Assembly (NCBI GenBank): GCA_964016885.1
Contig: OZ024749.1
Span: 10,168,001 to 10,232,000, forward strand
From: Eledone cirrhosa
Lineage: Eukaryota
Reading direction: 5' to 3'
Length of the DNA stretch: 64,000 nucleotides
Position 1 is the stretch's first letter. Each line of letters starts with the position of its first letter. The notes beneath the pieces are model-generated. The model saw nothing but the letters and a program-made list of their open reading frames with translations. It was not told where the DNA came from and searched no databases. The position numbers and the translations under genes are program-made. Positions 14,701 to 24,119 of the stretch are shown here, in pieces.

Positions 14701-17700
14701 GCTTGAGTTAGACTTTAGACCCAGTCCTCACTCTCCTCCTTGGGGCTTGAATTAGACTTTTGACCCAGTCCTCACTCTCCTCCTTGGGGCTTGAGACAGA
14801 CTTTAGACCCAGTCCTCACTCTCCTTGAGGCTTGAGTCAGACTTAAACTTTAGACCCAGTCCTCACTCTCCTCCTTGGGGCTTGAGTTAGATTTAGACTC
14901 AGTCCTCACTCTCCTTCTTGGGGCTTCAGTCAGACTTTAGACCCAGTCCTCACTCTCCTCCTTGGGGCTTGGGTTAGACATTAGACCCAGTCCTCACTCT
15001 CCTTCTTGGGGCTTCAGTTAGACTTTAGATCCAGTCCTCACTCTCCTCCTTGGAGCTTGAGTTAGACTTTAGACCCAGTCCTCACTCTCCTTCTTGGGGC
15101 TTGAATTAGACTTTTGACCCAGTCCTCACTCTCCTCCTTGGGGCTTGAGTCAGACTTTAGACCCAGTCCTCACTCTCCTTGAGGCTTGAGTCAGACTTTA
15201 GACTTTAGACCCAGTCCTCACTCTTCTTCTTGGGGCTTGAGTCAGACTTTAGAATTCAGACCCAGTCCTCACTCTCCTCCTTGGGGCTTGAGCTAGACTT
15301 TAGACCCAGTCCCCACTCTCCTCCTTGGGACTTGAGCCAGACTTTAGACCCAATCCTCACTCTCCTCCTTGGGGCTTGGGTTAGACATTAGACCCAGTCC
15401 TCACTCTCCTTCTTGGAGCTTGAGTCAGACTTTAGACCCAGTCCTCACTCTCCTCCTTGGGGCTTGAGTCAGATTTTAGACCCAGTCCTCACTCTCCTTC
15501 TTAGGGCTTGAGTCAGACTTTAGACCCAGTCCTCACTCTCCTCCTTGGGGCTTGAGTTAGACTTTAGACCCAGTCCTCACTCCCCTCCTTGGGACTTGAG
15601 TCAGACTTCAGACCCAGTCCTCACTATCCTTGGGGCTTGAGTTAGACTTTAGACTCAGTCCTCACTCTCCTTCTTGGGGCTTGAGTCAGACTTTAGAATT
15701 TAGACCCAGTCCTCACTCTCCTCCTTGGGGCTTGAGCTAGACTTTAGACCCAGTCCTCACTCTCCTACTTGGGACTTGAGTCAGACTTTAGACCCAGTCC
15801 TCACTCTCCTCCTTGGGGCTTGAGTTAGACTTTAGACTTTAGACCCAGTCCTCACTCGCCTTCTTGGGGCTTGAGTCAGACTTTAGACCCAGTGATCACT
15901 CTCCTTTTTGGGGCTTGAGTCAGACTTTAGACTTTAGACCCAGTCCTCACTCTCCTTCTTGGGGCTTGAGTCAGACTTTAGACCCAATCCTCACTCTCCT
16001 CCTTGGGGCTTGAGTCAGACTTTAAACTTTAGACCCAGTCCTCACTCTCCTTGGGGCTTGAGTCAGACTTTAGACTTTAGATCCAGTCCTCACTCTCCTT
16101 GGGGCTATAGTTAGACTTTAGATCCAGTCTTCACTCTCCTCCTTGGGGCTTGAGTCAGACTTTAGACCCAGTCCTCACTCTCCAGCTTGAGACTTGAGTC
16201 AGACTTTAGACCCAGTCCTCACTCTCCTCCTTGGGGCTTGAGTCAGACTTTAGACCCAGTCCTCACTCTCCTCCTTGGGTCTTGAGTTAGACTTTAGACC
16301 CAGTCCTCACTCTCCTTGGGGCTTGAGTCAGACTTTAGAGTTTAGATTCAGTCCTCACTTTCCTTGCGGCTATAGTTAGACTTTAGATCCAGTCTTCACT
16401 CTCCTCCTTGGGGCTTGAGTCAGGCTTTAGACCCACTCCTCACTCTCCTCCTTGGAACTTGAGTTAGAGTTTAGACCCAGTCCTCACTCTCCTCCTTGGG
16501 GCTTGGGTCAGACTTTAGACTTTAGACCCAGTCCTCACTCTCCTCCTTGGGGCTTGAGTCAGACTTTAGACTTTAGACCCAGTCCTCACTCTCCTCCTTG
16601 GGGCTTGAGTCAGACTTTAGACCCACTCCTCACTCTCCTCCTTGGGCTTAAGTTAGACTTTAGACCCACTCCTCACTCTCCTCCTTGGGCTTAAGTCAGA
16701 CTTTAGACCCAGTCCTCACTCTCCTCTTTGTGGCTTGAGTCAGAAATTAGACACAGTCCTCACTCTCCTCCTTGGGGATTGAGTTAGACTTTAGACACAG
16801 TCCTCACTCTCCTCCTTGGGGCTTGAGTGAGACTTTAGACCCAGTCTTCACTCTCCTTGGGGCTTGAGTCAGACTTTAGATTTTAGACACAGTCCTCACG
16901 CTCCTTTTTGGGGCTTGAGTTAGACTTCAGACTCAGTCCTCACTCTCCTTCTTGGGGCTTGAATCAGACTTTAGACTTTAGACCCAGTCCTCACTTTCCT
17001 CCTTGGGGCTTGAGTTAGACTTTAGACCCAGTCCTCACTCTCCTCCTTGGGGCTTGGGTCAGACTTTAGACCCAATCCTCACTCTCCTCCTTGGGGCTTG
17101 GGTTAGACATTAGACCCAGTCCTCAATCTCCTTCTTGCGGCTTGAGTCAGACTTTAGACCCAGTCCTCACTCTCCTCCTTGGGGTTTGAATCAGATTTTA
17201 GATCCAGTCCTCACTCTCCTTCTTGGGGCTTGAGTCAGATTTTAGACCCAGTCCTCACTCTCCTCCTTGGGGCTTGAGTTAGACTTTAGACTTTATACCC
17301 AGTCCTCACTCTCCTCCTTGGAACTTGAGTCAGACTTTAGACCCAATCCTGACGCTCCTCCTTGGGGCTTGAGTTAGACTTTAGACCCAGTCCTCACTCT
17401 CCTCCTTGGGGCTTGAGTCAGACTTTAGACTTTAGACCCAGTCCTCACTCTCATGCTGGGTACATGAGTCATACTTTAGACCCAGTCCTCACTCTCCTCC
17501 TTGGGGCTTGAGTTAGACTTTAGACCCAGTCCTCACTCTCCTCCTTGGGGCTTCAGTTAGACTTTAGACCCAGTCCTCACTCTCCTCCTTGGGGCTTAAG
17601 TCAGACTTTAGACCCAGTCCTCACTCTCCTCCTTGGGGCTTGGGTTAGACATTAGACCCAGTCCTCACACTCCTTCTTGGGGCTTCAGTTAGACTTTAGA

Positions 17701-19830
17701 CCCATTCCTCACTCTCCTCCTTGGGGCTTAAGTCAGACTTTAGACCCAGTCCTCACTCTCCTCCTTGGGGCTTGAGTCAGAATTTAGACCCAGTCCTCAC
17801 TCTCCTTGGGGTTTGAGTTAGACTTTAGACTCAGTCCTCACTCTCCTTCTTGGGGCTTGAGTCAGACTTTAGAATTCAGACCCAGTCCTCACTCTCCTCC
17901 TTGTGGCTTGAGCTAGACTTTAGACCCAGTCCTCACTCTCCTCCTTGGGACTTGAGCCAGACTTTAGACCCAATCATCACTCTCCTCCTTGGGACTTGAG
18001 TTAGACTTTAGACCCAGTCCTCACTCTCCTCCTTGCATCAGGTTTGAAATTTCCGAGCTTTAACAATCAACAGCAATACAATGAAATGTAGGTCGGGAGA
18101 AATTGAAGAGATGCTTGAATGGAGAGACATGACTATATCCTGTGTACAAGAGGTCAGATGGAGAGGCTCCTCACAGGTAAGGAAGATATGTACAAATTCT
18201 TCTGCGTTGGTAGAAATAATAGTGTAGTTGCACTATTAGCAGAGAAATGGATAGATAAGGTAATCGGGGTAGTGAAATTATGTAGTTAGATGATGAAGCT
18301 TAGCCTCGTCATTGTTAATACAATTACTATGATTCTTTTGTATATACACCATAAGCTGGGCCTCCTCTATGAAGTTCTCTTGCATTCTACCTCAAATACA
18401 ATTGACACTGGGATCATATTGGCTGATGGCTTTAATGGACATTCCACAACACCAAGATGGATTCCAAGGTGTGCATGGAGGCTATAGATTTGGGCTGAAA
18501 AAGAGGGATCAAGATTTCTAGAGTTTTGTGATGGAAATGACTTGACAATCTGTAACAGAAACTTCAGGAAACCAGCCAGCCATTTGATCACCTACTGATC
18601 AAGTGCACACGTATGCTAGATTGACTTTATACTAAGTTGATAATAAGATAGGCAGATAGCCATAAATAGTAAAACTTTCCCTGGAGAAAGAAGCAACACT
18701 GCATGAGTGATTAGTAACTTAAGAGTGTGATCTAGACACACAGAAACCTTGTATTGACTGGAGAAGAAAGATGTGCAACCCTAACCCTTTAGCATTTAAA
18801 TTACTATTTTCATGGTAAAAGCTTTACCTCACATAATTATCTATATAATACTAAGTCTGTGATTGCTTGCTTACTTGTCTGTAATTTAATACAGCCAAAA
18901 GGGTGCACAATGGGAAAATACTTTGAAAGGAAGTTGCTCCTGAAATAAAACAAGTTTTGTGTAAATCAGACCACGTGTTGTCGAGATATGTGCTTTTTCC
19001 GGTTACCTTCATAAACGAGATAGTGGTTGTGACAAAGTAGATTAAAAGAGAGACATAGGGAGAGGAGACAGAGAAGGAGAATGGAAGAGAGCTGGTGATG
19101 TGTGAGTGTGTGTATGACCAGTGTATATAGATCACAGACACCCACATATGCATATACACACACACATTTATATATATACATACACACACGTATATATATA
19201 TATATGGGCCTTCCAGTTTCATTTCACATTATATACATGTCTGTATATTTTAATTATTTAAAAATATTTTGAAGTGAACGTGACCCACATAAAATTGAAT
19301 CTATAAGATTTTGATGATGTTAATATTTATTTTGAGAACAATATCCTAACATCGGTATGAGTGGCCGGTTATGGCTGGTTTGACCAGAAAGAGGTAAAAT
19401 AATTCTGGCCATATATAGTTTAAATGCTGAAGAGTAAAAGATCCTTGAAATAGTTAAAGGTTTCGAGACATATTAAAAGAAGGATGAGGAGTTAGAAATG
19501 TATAACATAGGGGAAAGGTACCAGCCAGATGGAAGGTGATATGATGGTGGAACAGTACTGTAGATAGGGCTTAGAATGTCTTGGGGGTGAGGGGTCACGA
19601 GTCATCAGGTCTATATAGCAAGAGGAGAGGCAGAAAATAAGGGGTTTGCCAATATTCTCGAGCATAAGGGTTAAACATGATGAGATTCAGCTTTGGTCCC
19701 AGGAGAAGAACTACTGATGTCATCTTGGTGAGAAGTATTTAGCTAATAATAAGCCCCTTAACTTAGCATTTGTCAACCTAGAAAAAGTCTTTGACAGAAT
19801 ACCATGCTCTGAAATCTGGTGGCTGCTTAA

Positions 19831-20384
19831 CCCTTTTGCATTTACATTAGCCTTGGAGGCACATGGCTTAGTGGTTAGAGCATTGGCCTTGCAATCGAAA
19901 GGTTGTGAGTTCAATTCTCAGACCGGGTGATGTGTTGTTTCCTTGAGCAAGACACTTTATTTCACATTGCTCCAGTTTACTCAGCTGTAGAAATGAGATG
20001 ATAGGGACTGGTGTCCCTATCATTCCACTGCAAAGTGGTCGTGGAGGTGCCACAGCAAAAAAAGCACCCAGCATTCACTGTAAATGAGGTTGGTGTTAGG
20101 AAGGGCATCCAGCTGTAGAAATCAAGCCAGCATCAATTCCCGTCCCACCCTTGCAAGCAGGGAAAAGCGGACGTAAAATGAAATGATGATGATTACTCTA
20201 TATATATTATTGTATTTTCACAGTAAACACTTTATTATTTCACATAATATCGAATCTACGAGATTTTGATATAATTTATTTTGAGAACAATACCTTAACA
20301 TATGTATGAGCATCTGGTTATGGCTGGTTTGAACAGGAGATGAGAGAATTCTGGCCAGATAATGCTGGTTTAAATGCAAAAGGA
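19831..20384. mobile_element. piggyBac-like MITE with TTAA target-site duplication
   Basis: TTAA(19827-30) CCCTTTTGCATTTA ... TAAATGCAAAAGGA TTAA(20385-88). Removing it restores the RTE RT reading frame. Confidence 0.8.
19855..20193 (+). mobile_element. tRNA-derived SINE with CORE-like body and RTE-type tail
   Basis: A box TGGCTTAGTGG, B box GAGTTCAATTC, body CCTTGAGCAAGACACTT, tail GTTAGGAAGGGCATCCAGC...(TGA)n. The tail resembles the RTE 3' end at 50850-51000. Confidence 0.8.
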
Positions 20385-20451
20385 TTAAGAAGCTAGGGAT
20401 AGCGGAATAGCTTGTGAGGGTTGTACAGAGGTGCAGCCACCATCAAAGTTA

Positions 20452-20847
20452 TTAACCATCTCGCCAACAACAACCCTGAGCACCATTTTGATCTCCATGT
20501 GTCTAACACACGTGGACATGCCTACAAAATCAGAAAACAGCACAGCTCCCATGACTTTCGTAAACATTTTTTCATGCTCAGAGTTGCTGAAGCATGGAAC
20601 AAACTGCCTGCGTCAGTTGTTACCTACCGAGACACTGCATCCTTTAAAACCCTCATGCTTCCCAAAATACGCCAAAACTACACCTGATGTACCCCTTCCA
20701 TACACATGTACACATGTGTATATCATGACTCATGCACTGTTCATTTTCCTGACGTTTGTGCATTACCCTATGTACTATACATACACTTTTTGAAGAGTTG
20801 TAGTGCACCTGAGCACTGTACACAATATTTCATTATTATTATTATTG
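20452..20847 (+). mobile_element. 5'-truncated CR1-type LINE 3' end (same family as 30851-34430)
   Basis: The C-terminal FDLHVSNTRGHAYKIRKQH...PKIRQNYT and 3' UTR closely match 33917-34430 and end in (ATT)n. Confidence 0.9.
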
Positions 20848-21269
20848 CCTTTCATCCTTACGGGGTCGATAAAATAAAGTACCAGTAATGCACTGGGTAA
20901 TTGCTGGCCTTGTGCCTAAAGTAGAAACAATTATTATTATTATTATTATTATACGTTATTTTGAAATCTTTTCCTGCATAAATAATTTTCCCCTCCCCAC
21001 CACTTCATGACTCAACGGACGACCTGATTGTGTGAAAAAATAAACTAACGTCATACACATAAAACAGGTGTGTATCATGACTCATGTACTGTTCATGTTC
21101 CTGACGTTTGTGCGTTACCCTATGTACACAATATTTCATTCAGCCGAGAGTTCAAATCCAGCCGAGGTTGACTTTGCCTTTCATCCTTACGGGGGTCCAT
21201 AAAATAAAGTACCAGTAATGCACTGGGTAATTGCTGGCCTTGTGCCTAAAGTAGAAACAATTATTATTA
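20845..21269 (+). mobile_element. Two partial tRNA-SINE copies (20845-20935, 21148-21269) around a CR1 3'UTR fragment
   Basis: Shared core GCCTTTCATCCTTACGGGGTCGATAAAATAAAGTACCAG...GTAGAAACAATT. 21068-21140 matches the CR1 3'UTR. Confidence 0.8.
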
Positions 21270-21995
21270 CCACCACCGCCACCACAGGCACCATCACCAC
21301 CACTACCACCGCCACCACAGGCACCATCACCACCACTACCACTACCACCACCATCACCACTACCATCACCACAACCACTACTGTCACCACCACCACCACT
21401 ACCACTACCGTCACCACCACTACCGTCACCACAACCACTACCACCACTACCATCACTACCACCATCACCATCACCACCACCACCACTACCACTACCACCA
21501 CCACCACTACCACTACCACCATCGCCACCACCACCACCACCACTACCACCATCGCCACCACCACCACCACCACTACCACCATCGCCACCACCACCACCAC
21601 CACTACCACCAACACCACCACTACCACCACCACCATCACCACTACCACCATCGCCACCACTACCACCACCACTACCACCACCACCACCACCACTACCACC
21701 ATCGCCACCACTACCACCACCACTACCACCACCACCACCACAACCACTACCACCACCACCACCATCACCACCACTACCATCACCACCACCACCACCACCA
21801 CCACCATCACTACCACCACCACCACTACCATCACCACCACCATCACCACCACTACCATCACCACCACCACCACCACCACCACCACCACCACCACCACTAC
21901 CACCACCACCACCACCACCATCACCACTACCACTACCACCACCACCACCACCACTACCACCACCACCACCACTACCATCACCACCGCCACCAACG
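21269..21995. repeat. (CAC/CAT/TAC)n trinucleotide microsatellite
   Basis: Directly visible; the source of the poly-Thr/poly-Val ORFs. Confidence 0.97.
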
Positions 21996-22239
21996 CCAGG
22001 TATTCTTAATGTTTGCTTTTATTTAGTTATTTATTTATTTATTTTGTTTGTTTTTAAGGATGGGATGTCGTCTCTAATATATTTCTAAAAACAAACCCAA
22101 TTTTAACGACTGACGTTGAATTTCATTAAATATAATTAATTCACCCCCCTCCCCCTCCCCCTCCCCCTTTCTTTATATACACACGTGTATATGTATATAC
22201 ACGTGTGTATATATATTTATATATATATATACACACATG

Positions 22240-22372
22240 TTTGTTTCTACGTTAGGCACAAGGCCAGCAATTACCCAGTGCATTACTGGTACTTTATTTT
22301 ATCGACCCCGTAAGGATGAAAGACAAAGTTAACCATGGCGGGATTTGAACTCAGAATGGCAAGGGCCGTAAC
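22240..22372 (-). mobile_element. tRNA-SINE copy (CCTTACGGGGTCGATAAA family)
   Basis: Reverse complement of the SINE core and B box (GAGTTCAAATCC). Confidence 0.8.
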
Positions 22373-22463
22373 TCTAATTTGAACCAAATACCAACACTGT
22401 TCGTAACTGCACTCCTTGTTATTGTTTTTGTTTTTTACTTTGCCAATATATATATATATATAT

Positions 22464-22995
22464 ATAAAAACAAATAACGAAACGAAATTAAATTTCGTTT
22501 CGTTTGTAACTCACTTTTGTATGACTGACGCTTAAACAATTAAGTCAAAAATGTACATCCACATATGTATACTGAAATACTAGTATGCATATGAATACAC
22601 ACACGTATACATATGTAGATGTACCAAGTTTTTCACTGGTCACTTTACTGTGAGTGTCCAGCTATTCTGTATGTAAACACACAGACAAACCGGTTTTTAG
22701 AGTCATACTGGTTTTTGAGGAAACACCTTTCCTCTATTCTCCAGAAAGCCAGACAAGGAATATTGAACTAGTTTCGTTGTTGTTACAACTCATCAGCAAT
22801 ATTTACCTATCTTTCGGCCTTTCTGGAGAATCGTAAAAGCACATATCGTTATATGCTTTTTCTATGAAAATTAGTAGTGGGCAGACTAATTTGCATAGAG
22901 CGTGAGTACGTACCGGTTCAACGGAGACGATAAAAACAAATAACGAAACGAAATTAAATTTCGTTTCGTTTGTAACTCACTTTTGTATGACTGAC
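22464..22995 (-). mobile_element. Putative non-autonomous retrozyme/Penelope-pLTR-like element: 466-bp monomer plus 66-bp terminal direct repeat, with an internal hammerhead
   Basis: 22464-22529 is identical to 22930-22995. (TA)n lies on both sides. Hammerhead at 22759-22803. No convincing ORF. Confidence 0.65.
22759..22803 (-). ncRNA. Minimal type I hammerhead ribozyme
   Basis: Minus strand: AATATTG CTGATGA GTTGT-AACA-ACAAC GAAA C-TA-G TT^ CAATATT. Stem I 7 bp perfect, stem II 5 bp, palindromic stem III region (AACTAGTT), complete core. Confidence 0.85.
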
Positions 22996-23064
22996 TTAAT
23001 TGTATATATATATATTTATATGAAAAAGAACACAAGAGCGTCTACAACATCAAAAGATTTTTAT

Positions 23065-23115
23065 TAGCTAACAATGTTTCTTCCTTACGTGTAACCGTAG
23101 GATTCATCAGAGCTA
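23065..23115 (-). ncRNA. Minimal type I hammerhead ribozyme (slightly degenerate)
   Basis: Minus strand: TAGCT CTGATGA A TCCTACG-GTTACA-CGTAAGGA A GAAA C-ATT-G TT^ AGCTA. Core intact; the stem II closing pair is an A.A mismatch. Confidence 0.65.
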
Positions 23116-23561
23116 TAAAAGGGGTTTGATTGGTGTTATGGACTCTACCAACCAAACACCCAAGAACAAAGAGTAAAGAGAGTAAAGAGCAAAAGTAGGG
23201 GACGATAAGTCTAATTTTGGTGCGGGAGGGTGGGGTGTTGGTCCTTGTTTACTAGCTGCGGTCATATTCATTCCCGGGAGTCGGGTGGTTAGCTGAACCA
23301 TAGATGGGGTGGCGTCGATAGTATGGTGCAGAGGGTGCGCAGAGGCTACACAAACACAAAGGGCGTAGAATACATATATACATATAGCGGAGGAGAAGGT
23401 ACATGAGGTAATTAGAAATGGAAGAAGAGTAATAATAATAATTTATAATTAATAGTGTATAATAAGGCATGGGGAAGATTACACTATAATAAGGTATAAA
23501 GGTAAGAATAAGGTAAAATATAAAGGAGGATAAACGTGGAAATAATATATATTTATAATAT

Positions 23562-23706
23562 ATATTTATTAAAATAACAGATTAGAGTTTAAGCAAAGAA
23601 TCGCTGCTTTCACCCCTAACGGGATCTTCTGAGTTTCAGAAGATCCCGTTAAGGGTGAAAGCAGCGATTCTTTGCTTAAACTTTAATCTGTTATTTTAAT
23701 AAATAT
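23562..23706. repeat. Near-perfect palindrome, ~71-bp arms, 3-nt loop
   Basis: 23562-23632 is the reverse complement of 23636-23706 with 2 mismatches. Confidence 0.95.
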
Positions 23707-23792
23707 TTGCTCTACGGTTCTTATATATTTGATATATATTTATCCTTATCGAGCTCTCTTTGGATTTTAGTCTTTAAATATATTATTATTAC

Positions 23793-23828
<36 letters not shown>

Positions 23829-23883
23829 AAACATATGTAAAAAGTAAACAGGAATAACAACAGAAACTACAATATATCTATGA

Positions 23884-23884
<1 letters not shown>

Positions 23885-23937
<53 letters not shown>
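23885..23937. repeat. (TCTA)n microsatellite at the 5' junction of the Tx1-like LINE
   Basis: Directly visible. Confidence 0.95.
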
Positions 23938-24119
23938 TATTCTGTACGTGCTGACTCTGGAGCCACTATTGCGGAAGCTGGAGCTGCTGCAGGGCACCCC
24001 GTTGGGACTGCGGAAAACGGCGTCGGCTTATGCCGACGACGTGACAGTAATGGTGTCGGAAACCTCGGAAATCGGGGCGATCGGCAACTTACTGCAGGAC
24101 TACGAAAGGCTCACAGGAG

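Larger units (their letters stand above)
1..18035. repeat. Satellite 1: ~44-bp tandem array (GACTTTAGACCCAGTCCTCACTCTCCTCCTTGGGGCTTGAGTCA) with 41-bp and 51-bp variants, interrupted at 3754-5167 and 7380-8787
   Basis: Hundreds of adjacent copies are directly visible. Variants lose one CTC or duplicate GACTTTA. The array runs off the window start. Confidence 0.98.
18036..20410 (+). mobile_element. Old, fragmented RTE-clade LINE (APE remnant, then RT remnant) interrupted by MITEs and a SINE; includes copy 3 of the 1.4-kb block
   Basis: APE remnant at ~18100-18630. The RT remnant KYLANNKPLNLAFVNLEKVFDRIPCSEIWWLL (~19733-19828) resumes as RKLGIAE*LVRVVQ after 20388. Confidence 0.75.

Noticed and set aside
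1-18035. CRISPR-like array or repeat-protein ORFs (LDFRPSPHSPPWGLSQT)
   Set aside because: Units are contiguous with no unique spacers and no cas genes. The ORFs are chance read-throughs of 51-bp satellite variants.
19855-19930. tRNA gene
   Set aside because: The A/B boxes continue into a SINE body and tail, and there is no proper acceptor stem.
21187-22009. Mucin-like poly-Thr or poly-Val protein
   Set aside because: Pure (CAC)n microsatellite whose start codon lies in a SINE.
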